Positions 1 to 9,130 of a stretch of 64,000 bases of DNA are shown here, in pieces. This DNA is from Vicinamibacterales bacterium (GTDB lineage: Bacteria; Acidobacteriota; Vicinamibacteria; Vicinamibacterales; JAMQPK01): NCBI GenBank assembly GCA_035937795.1, contig DASZHO010000200.1:8323-72322 (forward strand), written 5' to 3'. How positions within the stretch are numbered: position 1 is the first letter of the stretch; every line of letters starts with the position of its first letter. The position numbers and the translations under genes were made by a program. The notes beneath the pieces were generated by a model. That model made no database searches, had not been told where the DNA came from, and saw only the letters and a program-made list of their open reading frames with translations.

Positions 1-602
1 GCCTCCTGCTGGGCCGGATGGAATTCGGTCCCCGCGCCCTCGGCGCCCGTTCCATCATCGGCGATCCCCGATCCCCGCGGATGCAGTCGGTGATGAACCT
101 GAAAATCAAGTTCCGCGAGTCGTTCCGGCCGTTTGCTCCTTCGGTCCTTCGCGAGCATGTGCGCGACTGGTTCGATCTCGACCGGGAAAGTCCCTATATG
201 CTGCTCGTTGCCGACGTGCTGCCGGGAAGGCGGATCCCCGTGCCATCTGAAACGCAGGCATTGTGGGGCATCGAGCAGGTGAACGTACCGCGGTCGACGA
301 TTCCGGCGGTCACGCACGTCGATTACTCGGCTCGGATTCAGACCGTCCGCCGCGAGCTGAACCCGGAGTACTACGACATCATCGACGCGTTCTACCAGCG
401 CACGGGCTGTCCGGTCATCGTTAATACGTCGTTTAATATTCGCGGTGAGCCGATCGTGTGCACGCCGGAGGATGCCTACCGCTGTTTCATGCGAACGAAC
501 ATGGACGCGCTCCTGCTCGGTCGTTTCATTCTTGAGAAAGGGCAGCAGACGCCGCTTGTGGAAGATGATTCGTGGAAGGCGCACCTGACGCATGCGGACT
601 GA
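1..602 (+). CDS. Carbamoyltransferase (NodU/CmcH family), C-terminal part; 5' end lies outside the window
   Basis: Frame is open from the window edge (the ATG at 18 is internal). Translation RMQSVMNLKIKFRESFRPFAPSVL...IPAVTHVDYSARIQTV...GCPVIVNTSFNIRGEPIVCTPEDAYRCF matches the conserved C-terminal carbamoyltransferase domain as I remember it. Confidence 0.85.
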   Translation, partial: LLLGRMEFGPRALGARSIIGDPRSPRMQSVMNLKIKFRESFRPFAPSVLREHVRDWFDLDRESPYMLLVADVLPGRRIPVPSETQALWGIEQVNVPRSTIPAVTHVDYSARIQTVRRELNPEYYDIIDAFYQRTGCPVIVNTSFNIRGEPIVCTPEDAYRCFMRTNMDALLLGRFILEKGQQTPLVEDDSWKAHLTHAD

Positions 603-610
603 TCCGCCGA

Positions 611-1585
611 ATGCCCACCCCATCCTCGCGCACGCACGTCCTGTTCTCAATCGTCTTGCTGCTCTGTTCTCTGGCACTCGCGATTGGTGCCGGCGAGGTG
701 ATCCTGCGCGTCAAGAACAGCTCGATGAAGACCTACGACATCGAGATGTGGCGGTACGCGAAAGACCTCAAGGTTCGCAGCGACGACCCCGCGCTCGATT
801 TCGATCACGTGAAGTCCCGGTCGAGCGTGCTCCAGGGGGTCACGATCCGCCTGAACGAGTGGGGCCTGCGCGGCGGCCCCGTCGAGCCGCTGCCGCCCGG
901 CGGGCGCCGGATCCTGTTTCTCGGTGGGTCGATCGCGCTCGGATGGGGCGTGCCCGAAGACGACACGGTGGAAGCGCGTCTCGAGCGGCATCTGCGCAAG
1001 AGCGGGCAGGCGGTGCAGGTGCTCAATGGCGGAGTGGGCAACTACAATGCCAAGCGCTACGTATCCCGGTTCTTCAAGGAGCTCGCCGGACTGCGGCCCA
1101 CGGACATCGTCGTCCACTACTTTCTTCGTGACGCCGAAGACCTGCCGCCCGGCGGCAACAACGTGGTCCTTCGTAACAGCGAGTTGGCGGTCACCCTGTG
1201 GATCGCGTACCACCGGCTCTTCGACAAGGCCGGTGAGGGGAGCCTGGTGGACCACTATCGATCGGTGTACCAACCCAACGCGCCGGGGTTTATCGAGATG
1301 CAGGCCAGCCTGGCGAAGCTCGCCGAGTACGCGCGGGCCAACAACATCCGGCTCTACCTGGCGATGACGCCCGATGTACACAACCTGGTCGACTACAAGT
1401 TCGGCTTCGTGCACGACACCATGCGCGAGATCGCCCAGCGCGCCGGTTATACCTACATCGACCTCCTGCCGGCCATGATGGGTCGGCCGGCAGAAGGGAT
1501 GTTCGCGATGCCCGGCGACCCTCATCCCAATGCGCTCGGTCATCAGCTGATGGCCGACGCGATCTTTCCCGTGCTTTCGCAGTAG
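611..1585 (+). CDS. SGNH/GDSL-family hydrolase or acyltransferase with N-terminal membrane anchor (AlgJ/AlgX/PatB-like partner of the adjacent MBOAT)
   Basis: ATG at 611 (the ORF opens at GTG 572, overlapping the upstream stop). Hydrophobic N-terminus VLFSIVLLLCSLALAIGAG; ILFLGGSIALGWG (Ser block), GGVGNYN, C-terminal GDPHPNALGH (Asp-x-x-His block). Confidence 0.75.
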   Translation: MPTPSSRTHVLFSIVLLLCSLALAIGAGEVILRVKNSSMKTYDIEMWRYAKDLKVRSDDPALDFDHVKSRSSVLQGVTIRLNEWGLRGGPVEPLPPGGRRILFLGGSIALGWGVPEDDTVEARLERHLRKSGQAVQVLNGGVGNYNAKRYVSRFFKELAGLRPTDIVVHYFLRDAEDLPPGGNNVVLRNSELAVTLWIAYHRLFDKAGEGSLVDHYRSVYQPNAPGFIEMQASLAKLAEYARANNIRLYLAMTPDVHNLVDYKFGFVHDTMREIAQRAGYTYIDLLPAMMGRPAEGMFAMPGDPHPNALGHQLMADAIFPVLSQ

Positions 1586-1589
1586 CCCA

Positions 1590-2987
1590 GTGCTCTTCAG
1601 CTCGCCGACATTTTTCGTCTTCTTCGGCGTCTATCTCTGTTGCCACCTCCTCGTTCCGGCGCGCTATCGGGTCTACCTGATCATCGTCGGCAGCGCGATC
1701 TTCTATTCGTGGTGGAAAGTCTCGTACACGTGGCTGCCTTTCGTGCTGATGGCCACGGCCTACGGAGGGGTGCAGTGGATGGAACACGGCCCCGATCCCT
1801 TGGCCCGCAAGCGACGGGCGGCGGCGACCATCGTCTTGCTGTTCATGCCCTTGCTCATATTCAAGTACACGAACTTCTTCTACCGCGACGTGCTGGGGCC
1901 CCTGTTTGGCTGGCAGGGCACGCTGCTGAACCTGGCACTGCCGCTCGGCGTGTCGTTCGTCACATTCACCTTGACCGCCTTTGTCGTCGACATTTACACG
2001 CGCAAGTACCCGAGCGTGCCGGCCGCATCGACGACGCTGGCATACGTGCTGTTCTTTCCGCACCTGATCGCGGGACCGATCCTGCGTCCCAACGAGCTCG
2101 TGCCACAACTCGAGCATCCGAGGCGCCGGCCGATTCGTAGATTTGCGGTCCCGGTCTCCATCTTCACGCTCGGCCTCGTGAAGAAGCTCGTGTTCGCCGA
2201 CCCGATCGCAGAGGTCGTCGACAGTATCTACGCTCAGTCGAACGGCGCGATCACTGGACCAACCGCGCTGCTCGCGATTTACGGGTTCGCGGTCCAGATC
2301 TATTGTGACTTCAGCGGCTACACCGACATGGCGATCGGGTTGGCCCTTCTACTGGGAGTGCGCCTGCCGAACAACTTCCTCCGCCCTTACGGCGCAGTGT
2401 CGATCGTGGAATTCTGGAGACGGTGGCACATCACGCTGTCGTTCTGGCTCCGTGACTATCTCTACATCCCTCTCGGGGGCAGCCGGAAGGGCCCACTGCT
2501 TCAGGCCCGGAACACCCTGGTCACGATGGTGCTCGGCGGCTTATGGCATGGCGCGAACTGGACATTTGTCGTCTGGGGATTCCTGCACGGCCTCAGTGTG
2601 GCCACCCTTCACATGATCGACGGGATTACCGGGCGGGCCCGCCTGGTGCCGAGGTGGTTCGGCGTCATCCTGACGTTTCACTTCGTCACGATTCTCTGGG
2701 TATTCTTTCGGGCGCCCAATCTGAGACACGCCCTCCAGATCCTGTCGGCGGCGGCCTTTGGTGGCAACTGGACCACGACAGCAACACTCGTGCGGGGCAA
2801 TCTGTTTGTGGTCGGTCTCATCACGCTGTTTGCCTTCGGGCATCGCTTCGACGATCACCGCCGCGTCAGATTGCTGGTGCGCTACCTGCGTCCGGAAGTG
2901 CTATGGCCAATCCTGCTGTTCCTCTGGATAACGGCCATCACCGTCAGCCAGGGGAGTTCCGCGAAGTTCATCTACTTCGACTTCTGA
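1590..2987 (+). CDS. MBOAT-family membrane-bound O-acyltransferase (AlgI/DltB/PatA-like)
   Basis: GTG start gives MLFSSPTFFVFF, a typical MBOAT N-terminus. FWRRWHITLSFWLRDYLYIPLGG and LWHGANWTFVVWGFLHG (conserved His region); polytopic. Confidence 0.9.
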   Translation: MLFSSPTFFVFFGVYLCCHLLVPARYRVYLIIVGSAIFYSWWKVSYTWLPFVLMATAYGGVQWMEHGPDPLARKRRAAATIVLLFMPLLIFKYTNFFYRDVLGPLFGWQGTLLNLALPLGVSFVTFTLTAFVVDIYTRKYPSVPAASTTLAYVLFFPHLIAGPILRPNELVPQLEHPRRRPIRRFAVPVSIFTLGLVKKLVFADPIAEVVDSIYAQSNGAITGPTALLAIYGFAVQIYCDFSGYTDMAIGLALLLGVRLPNNFLRPYGAVSIVEFWRRWHITLSFWLRDYLYIPLGGSRKGPLLQARNTLVTMVLGGLWHGANWTFVVWGFLHGLSVATLHMIDGITGRARLVPRWFGVILTFHFVTILWVFFRAPNLRHALQILSAAAFGGNWTTTATLVRGNLFVVGLITLFAFGHRFDDHRRVRLLVRYLRPEVLWPILLFLWITAITVSQGSSAKFIYFDF

Positions 2988-3104
2988 TCGAAGGACGTGC
3001 GACAGTTCCGGCGATCCACGCCCGATGGCGACGCGTTGATGTATACTCTTTTTTCGCCATCATCGTCGCGTTCCACCAGCGGACCGGCTGCCCCCGCTTG
3101 ACAC

Positions 3105-4280
3105 ATGCCAACTGATTCTCCGAACGCCCTACCCGAACGCTCCGCATGGCGCCGGGTGGCGACCGGCTGTACAACAGCAGCCGTGCTCGCCTGGCTACTG
3201 CTCGTGCTGCGGGATCAGTACGGCGTCAGATCGTTGCAGGCGTTCAACCAGGTCAGCTTCGACGAGCTATTCCTCGCCTCGATCGCCGGGGCAGGAGTCG
3301 CGCGAGCGCTTGCCCGTCGGACCGCCGCCGAGGGCCGCATGTTCGCGCTCCGGCTTGTTCTCCTGGTCGGGATGACCGTCGTCGCACTTGTCTCGACCGA
3401 ATACTTCGCACGATTTCGGTTTCGGCAGGCGCGCACGAGCCAGAATGCTGGAGACTACATCGCGCGGACGAGCGCCTGGTCGCCGGGGCCGTCCAATAGC
3501 CTCGGATTTCGCGACCGGGACGTTCCACCCCGGTCTGCCGCTCGATATCGCATTGTCGTCGTTGGCGACTCGTTCACGTGGGGCCAGGGCATCGAGCGGG
3601 CCGAACGGTTCTCGGATCTGCTCGAGCACTTTCTCGGTCCTCGATACGAGGTGTTCAACTTCGCCCTTCCAGGCGACAAAATGCCCGAGCATTTGACCCG
3701 GCTCACTCAGGCGCTGGCGGTGTCACCCGACTTCGTACTGCTCCAGCTCTACCCCAACGACTTCGAGACACCGGAGATGGAGCGCCCGCGCCCGTATCCG
3801 TTGCTGCCAGACCCCCTCGACAGCCGGCTGGGCGGGGCGTCGCTCCTCTACGGGCTGACGCTCGGCCAGTGGGCACACTTGCAGGAGATTGCCGGGGTTT
3901 CTGAAGGGTACACGCATTACATGGAACGTAATCTCCGCGATGGCAATGCTCCAAATGCCCGCGAAGCGTTCGGTCAGCTCCGCGAATTCTTCGTCCGCGC
4001 GCGCGCCGCCGGCGTGCTGGCTGGCGAGGTCCTGTTTCCCGCGACCGATGCTTCCGGTCCAAACGGGACGGGTTATCCCTTCGGCTACCTGCACGACGCC
4101 GTCCGGCAAGTATGCAAGGATGAAAAAGTGACGTGCCTCGATCTCCTTCCGCTGTTCTCGACCTTTCGCGATCCTCGGGCCGCATGGGTGAGCCCGTTCG
4201 ACGCCCATCCGAATGCCATGGCGAACCGCCGTGCGGCGTACGAGATCTTGAGAGCGTTCGGCTCCGTGTGGCAGCGCTGA
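3105..4280 (+). CDS. SGNH/GDSL-family hydrolase, membrane anchored (second copy)
   Basis: ATG 3105; N-terminal hydrophobic segments; IVVVGDSFTWGQG (Ser block) and FDAHPNAMANR (Asp-x-x-His block). Confidence 0.75.
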   Translation: MPTDSPNALPERSAWRRVATGCTTAAVLAWLLLVLRDQYGVRSLQAFNQVSFDELFLASIAGAGVARALARRTAAEGRMFALRLVLLVGMTVVALVSTEYFARFRFRQARTSQNAGDYIARTSAWSPGPSNSLGFRDRDVPPRSAARYRIVVVGDSFTWGQGIERAERFSDLLEHFLGPRYEVFNFALPGDKMPEHLTRLTQALAVSPDFVLLQLYPNDFETPEMERPRPYPLLPDPLDSRLGGASLLYGLTLGQWAHLQEIAGVSEGYTHYMERNLRDGNAPNAREAFGQLREFFVRARAAGVLAGEVLFPATDASGPNGTGYPFGYLHDAVRQVCKDEKVTCLDLLPLFSTFRDPRAAWVSPFDAHPNAMANRRAAYEILRAFGSVWQR

Positions 4281-4291
4281 TCTGTTGACGC

Positions 4292-6580
4292 GTGTATTTC
4301 TCTAATCGCTCGACACGCGGTCGTGCTCTGCTGGGCGCGGCCACATTGCTGCTCGCCCTCCTCGCAATTCTCCGAGCGCTCGACCCGCTGCCTGAAGGGC
4401 TGTACGCGATCTATTTCTCGGACGCCAACTGGAGTTCGTCCCGGGCACGGTCGCGGATTGAGCCCAGCCCATCCACCGACAGCCTCCTCGAGGCATGGGG
4501 CCCCAGCCGCCCACCTGAGGTGTTCAGCACGATCTGGACTGGCTCCTTCATCGCCTTGCGAGAGGGCACGTATACCTTCGGCACGCGCTCCGATGACGGA
4601 GCGTGGGTCTACGTGGACGGGCAACTGGTCGTCGACGACGGAGGACGGCATTCGGCGCTCGTCGCCACGGGGCGCGTACATCTCGACCAGGGCGTCCATG
4701 CGATTTTCATCAAGTATTTTCAGGATGGCGGGTCGTTCCATTTCGATCTGTTGTGGGCTCGCGACGCGGCTCCGCTCGAGCTGATGCCCGCGTGGGCGCT
4801 GTCGGCACGCCACGTGAATTTCTCACGCTTCCTGGCGAGCGTCGTTGTGAGGCGCGCATGGGCCGCGGTCGTCGTGCTTTGGGTCGTTGGGCTTGCGGTC
4901 GTCGGTGTCGCCTGGCTGCGGCGATTTTTGATGCGATGGATCAGTCTCCGCAAAGATGATCCCGTCTCCCTTGTCCTGGTCGGCGTGATTATCGGCTCGT
5001 GCGCGCTCAATCTCGGGGGCGTCTGGTGGGGTCTCCCAGGCAGCTGGGCCGGCGACGAGTTCGCGTCGCCGGCCGTGCTCGAAGGGTTAGCGAAGCGCTT
5101 CACGGGCGGGTGGTTCGACAAGTATCCGCCATTTCATTTTTACGTCTTGAGCGCGGTGTACAGCCCGTGGCTCCTCCTGAAATCGCTCCGGTTGATTCGC
5201 GTCTCCGATACTTTTGAGTTCGGAGCACTGCTCCTGCTGGGTCGATTGACCAGTGTGATCGCGGGAGCCGGCACTCTGATAGCGGTATACGTGTGCGGTG
5301 CCGATGCCTTCGGCAAACGCGCGGGCCTGTTTGCGGCCGCGACGCTTGCAGTACTGACGCCGTTCCTGTACTTCGCCAAGACGGCGAATGTGGAGGCTCC
5401 GTACGTCTTCTGGTTTGCGTTATCGCTGGTCTTCTACGTGCGGTTCGCGCGCACGGACACTCTCAGAGACGCCGTTCTGTTCTCGGTCGCCACGACGCTG
5501 GCAGTTTGCACCAAGGACCAGGCCTACGGGTTGTACCTGCCGGTGCCATTCGTGATCGCGTATCAGGGCTGGCGGTCGAATTGTGAGCGGCGGCGTTCGC
5601 ACCCCTTGCTGCGAGGCGTGCTCGCCAATGGAAGACTGGGCCTGGCGATGGTCACGGGCGCAGCCCTGTTCGTTGCGTGTTACCAGATACCATTCAATAC
5701 AGCGGGATTCATCAGCCACGTCCGTTACATCACCGGTCCGGGCAGCCAGCCATATCGCATGGTGGAGGGAACGCTTGGCGGACGGCTGACGCTGCTCCGG
5801 TTGGCGGCCGGCCTCGATGAAATGGCGTGGGGCTGGCCGATGTGCCTCGTCTGCCTGATCGGAATGGTCGCGGCCGTAAAGGATTCGCGGACGCGACGAA
5901 GCGCTGTCTACCTGCTGCTCATGGCGATGGGATACTACATCGGCTTTATCGACGTGATCTTGTACGTGTACGATCGGTTTCTCCTTCCGATCTACCTGAT
6001 GCAGTCGCTTTTCGCTGGGATCGCGTTCGATAAATTTCTTCGATCGCCCGGAGGCGTCCGGCAGATCCCGCGCATCGCGCTCGTCGCCACGGTTTTCGTG
6101 TATACGTTCCTGTATGCGGCAACCGTCGACGTGCTCATGATTCGCGACTCCCGCTATACCGTCGAGCGGTTGCTCGCCGCTCGCGTAGGCCCGGATCGTC
6201 TCGTTGGAACGATGTTTCCCGTCACTGTCCTTCCCAGGCTCGGTGGGCTTCACTCGATGGACATCGGCACGATCGACGCCTTGCGGCAGAATGCGCCCGC
6301 CGCGTATATTCTCAATGCCGACTACGCTCGCGCCGTCTCCAGGGACAGTCCGCTTGGCCGCCTCATTGCCGGACTGCAACAGGAGACGCTCGGGTACCGG
6401 CTGGTCTTTCGTTACCGTTCACCGGCGCCGTGGCCGTGGCTGCCGGCTCCGCACCACGATCTGGTTGGCCCGCGCCTCGAGACCGCAGCGTATTCTGAGG
6501 TGCGCAACATCAACCCCACCATCGAGATCTACAGCCGCGAGAGCGGCGGTGCCGTGTCACCACCCACCGCTCAACGCTGA
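4292..6580 (+). CDS. PA14-domain / GT-C-like (PMT_2/ArnT-type) polytopic membrane protein
   Basis: GTG 4292. Signal-anchor LLGAATLLLALLAILRAL, then a PA14-like block (YFSDANW...TIWTGSFIALREGTYTFGTRSDDGAWVYVDGQLVVDDGG...IFIKYFQDGG). More than 10 hydrophobic segments follow, with WAGDEF and FDKYPPFHFY (DKPPL-like loop motif). Function is inference. Confidence 0.65.
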   Translation: MYFSNRSTRGRALLGAATLLLALLAILRALDPLPEGLYAIYFSDANWSSSRARSRIEPSPSTDSLLEAWGPSRPPEVFSTIWTGSFIALREGTYTFGTRSDDGAWVYVDGQLVVDDGGRHSALVATGRVHLDQGVHAIFIKYFQDGGSFHFDLLWARDAAPLELMPAWALSARHVNFSRFLASVVVRRAWAAVVVLWVVGLAVVGVAWLRRFLMRWISLRKDDPVSLVLVGVIIGSCALNLGGVWWGLPGSWAGDEFASPAVLEGLAKRFTGGWFDKYPPFHFYVLSAVYSPWLLLKSLRLIRVSDTFEFGALLLLGRLTSVIAGAGTLIAVYVCGADAFGKRAGLFAAATLAVLTPFLYFAKTANVEAPYVFWFALSLVFYVRFARTDTLRDAVLFSVATTLAVCTKDQAYGLYLPVPFVIAYQGWRSNCERRRSHPLLRGVLANGRLGLAMVTGAALFVACYQIPFNTAGFISHVRYITGPGSQPYRMVEGTLGGRLTLLRLAAGLDEMAWGWPMCLVCLIGMVAAVKDSRTRRSAVYLLLMAMGYYIGFIDVILYVYDRFLLPIYLMQSLFAGIAFDKFLRSPGGVRQIPRIALVATVFVYTFLYAATVDVLMIRDSRYTVERLLAARVGPDRLVGTMFPVTVLPRLGGLHSMDIGTIDALRQNAPAAYILNADYARAVSRDSPLGRLIAGLQQETLGYRLVFRYRSPAPWPWLPAPHHDLVGPRLETAAYSEVRNINPTIEIYSRESGGAVSPPTAQR

Positions 6581-6613
6581 AGTCCATCGACTTGCGCGGG
6601 GCAGCATACGGCG

Positions 6614-7879
6614 TCAGTTCGAGCGCAAGCGCTGCCGCACTTGGAGGCCCAACAGCGTCACGGTCACGGCCTCCGCCAGCACCGTGGCCCATGCCGCGCC
6701 GCGAATACCCCATGGCGAAATGAGCAGCATGTTGAGTGCAACGTTGACGCCGAGGCCGATCACGGTCGTCACGAACAGGCGGCGATCGAGGTTGACTGAG
6801 ATCGCCACCGCATGAAGGATCCATGTGCAGAATACGAACACCGATCCTCCCGCAAGCACGCGGAGCGGAGCCGCAGCCGGCGTGTAGCTCTCGCCGAAGA
6901 GGACGGTGACAGCGAGAGGCGCCCCCCATACCATGGCGGCGCCGAGCAGCACCCCCAGGGCGGCCGAGGCGCCTATTCCCCACATCATCAGCCCACGATG
7001 GGCGCGTCGATCTTGCACGAAGAGGAACGACAACTTTGGGGTCAACACGGCTGCCAGCACCGACGGCGCATAGGTCAGACCTTCGTAGATCCGGTACGAC
7101 GCCGCATACCACCCTGTCTCGGCGTCGCTCCGCATGAGGCCCAGAATGACGGTGTCGATGTAGTTGTACATGTTCAGCGCGAGCATGAAAAAGCCGAGGG
7201 GCAGCGCCGAAGCCTGCAGTCCACGCCACGCCTCGCGATCGAATTGGGGACGCATCGAGCCGAGGGTGGGCCTGAGCAGCACGCCGATGACGAATAACAT
7301 GAGAAGACGCGCTGCAACGAACGCAAGGGCGAGGCCCGTCAAGCCATAGCCCCCCCACAATGCGGACCCGCCGAGGATGAGGAGCAACAGCCGATCGGCG
7401 ACCACGACGACGGCTTCCAGGTCGAACCGATCGAGTCCCTGGAGAAGCCCGCGTGCGGTCAGTAGATAAGAGCGCACCGCGGCTGAAATTCCGAGCAGGT
7501 AACAAAGACGGATGACCACGGGGTCCGACCGCAGGATTGGCGTAATGGCGACGAGGAGAAGCAGAGCCCCCGCCACCCAGACGAGCTTCAGCCCAAGGAC
7601 GTGCCGGAACAACTGCGCGGCTGTTTCCTTCTGCCTCGCCACGGCGCGCGCGGTGACTTGACTCAGACCGACGTCCATGATGGTTTCGAGGATGGTGGTC
7701 AGCGCGAGCGCAAACGAAAAGCGGCCGTAATCAGCCGCATCGAGAAAGCGGCCGGCCGCCATCAACAGGACCAGCAGGAGCACGGCGCTGCCGGCGGTCA
7801 CGGTTGCATAGCCGCTGCTGACGAGAAGCGGAAAGCGATCTCGGATTTTCGCGGCGCTCACGCCTCCGCTCAAGGTCAT
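6614..7879 (-). CDS. Wzx-like oligosaccharide flippase (MOP-superfamily polysaccharide biosynthesis protein)
   Basis: ATG 7879 overlaps the upstream stop (ATGA). About 12 TM segments; N-terminal LLVSSGYATVTAGSAVLLLVLLMAAGRFLDAADYGRFSFALAL is typical of Wzx/RfbX-type flippases. Confidence 0.8.
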   Translation of the reverse strand: MTLSGGVSAAKIRDRFPLLVSSGYATVTAGSAVLLLVLLMAAGRFLDAADYGRFSFALALTTILETIMDVGLSQVTARAVARQKETAAQLFRHVLGLKLVWVAGALLLLVAITPILRSDPVVIRLCYLLGISAAVRSYLLTARGLLQGLDRFDLEAVVVVADRLLLLILGGSALWGGYGLTGLALAFVAARLLMLFVIGVLLRPTLGSMRPQFDREAWRGLQASALPLGFFMLALNMYNYIDTVILGLMRSDAETGWYAASYRIYEGLTYAPSVLAAVLTPKLSFLFVQDRRAHRGLMMWGIGASAALGVLLGAAMVWGAPLAVTVLFGESYTPAAAPLRVLAGGSVFVFCTWILHAVAISVNLDRRLFVTTVIGLGVNVALNMLLISPWGIRGAAWATVLAEAVTVTLLGLQVRQRLRSN

Positions 7880-9126
7880 CTCTTCGCCGGGAGATGTCCC
7901 ATTTCTGTTGATGGTCCTGGTGCTGCCAGACGATCGATGACCTGCGCAAGCCTTCCGAGCACGATGCGCTCGTCGAACAGCTGGGCCGTCACGAGCGCCG
8001 CCGCGCCGAGTCGTCGTCGAAGCTCCTGGTCGGTCAGCAATCGGCGAAGCGCCGTCGTGAGCGCGCCGGTATCCTGAGGTGGAACGACGAGCGCATTGAT
8101 CTCCGTCTCCGCGAAATCGCGAGAGCCCCCGGTGTCTGACGTGACGAGGGGCAGCCCGGTCGCCATGGCCTCGACCGACGAGATTCCAAACGATTCAAAG
8201 TGGGATGGCTGCACGGCGATGTCCGCAATCTGAAGCCAGCTGGCGACCTCGCGCGTCGATTGTCCGCCTGCAAAGCGCACGAGATGCGCAAGGCCCTGGT
8301 CGACGACCAAGCGCCTCGCCTCGGTACCGACATCCCACGGATTGCCGGTCATATCCGGACCAACGATGACAAGGAGCGCGTTCTTCACTGCGGCAGCCTG
8401 CCAGGCACGCACCAACTCCATGACCCCTTTCTCCCGGCTGAGGCGCCCGACGAACACTGCGACCAGAGCCTCAGCGGGCACTCCCAGGGCCGCTCGCCTG
8501 GCGAGCCTGTCCGCGACGGTGGTGGGCGCGAATCGCGCCGTGTCGATCGGGTTCGGGATGTAGTACACAGCGTCCCGGGGCACCCCGCACGCCAGGGCCT
8601 CTTGCTCAATCGCCCGGGAGATGCAGGCGAAGGCATCCGCGTGGCCGTAGAGAAACCGAACAGGCCACGTGATGACGTGCTCAGCCGCGCTGCCAGGCCG
8701 CACGCCTAGCGGCCGCATGCGCTCGCTGAGCCCCGCCCCGCTGAGAACGCCCTCGGTTTGCGCCTGGAACAAGACGGGGACCCGCGCGAGCCGTCCGGCC
8801 AGGAGCGCCGCGAGCCCGACGCCACGATAATCTACGCAGCAAATGATCTGAAACTCTCCACGCCGTCGGGTGACCTCGCGCAGGATCCATGGCAGCGCCA
8901 GCCATTTGCTGCTCGCTCGCCGCTCTCCATGTGGTCCAGTCCGGATGACACGCACGCCCGCGAGTGTCTCCTCGGCCGGATGGTTTAACGAAGTCCGCTT
9001 CGTGACGACGAGGACGGGATGTCCCCGGCGGACGAGAAACGTCGCGAGCCGCTCGGCGGCAGCCTCGGCGCCCCCAAGTTCTGGGGGGTAAAATGTGGTG
9101 ACGATCGCCACGGAGACTTTGGGCAT
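7876..9126 (-). CDS. Glycosyltransferase family 4 (GT-B, group 1)
   Basis: VAIVTTFYPPELGGAEAAAERLATFLVRRGH...; FVGRLSREKGV; PSHFESFGISSVEAMATGLPLVTSDTGGSRDF (EX7E region). Confidence 0.85.
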   Translation of the reverse strand: MPKVSVAIVTTFYPPELGGAEAAAERLATFLVRRGHPVLVVTKRTSLNHPAEETLAGVRVIRTGPHGERRASSKWLALPWILREVTRRRGEFQIICCVDYRGVGLAALLAGRLARVPVLFQAQTEGVLSGAGLSERMRPLGVRPGSAAEHVITWPVRFLYGHADAFACISRAIEQEALACGVPRDAVYYIPNPIDTARFAPTTVADRLARRAALGVPAEALVAVFVGRLSREKGVMELVRAWQAAAVKNALLVIVGPDMTGNPWDVGTEARRLVVDQGLAHLVRFAGGQSTREVASWLQIADIAVQPSHFESFGISSVEAMATGLPLVTSDTGGSRDFAETEINALVVPPQDTGALTTALRRLLTDQELRRRLGAAALVTAQLFDERIVLGRLAQVIDRLAAPGPSTEMGHLPAKR

Positions 9127-9130
9127 GTCT

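Noticed and set aside
18-602. ATG at 18 as the start of the first gene. Likewise the ORF-track starts at 572, 11913, 12856, 20713, 22492, 25218, 26120, 29165, 37402, 37860, 38837, 39607, 40911, 41192, 46836, 47074, 48484, 50903, 51769 and 61465.
   Set aside because: Homology to the expected protein N-termini, overlaps with upstream genes, or better-placed ATG/GTG codons with RBS-like sequences or 4-nt stop/start overlaps argue for the internal starts given in the feature list. For the first gene, the start lies outside the window.
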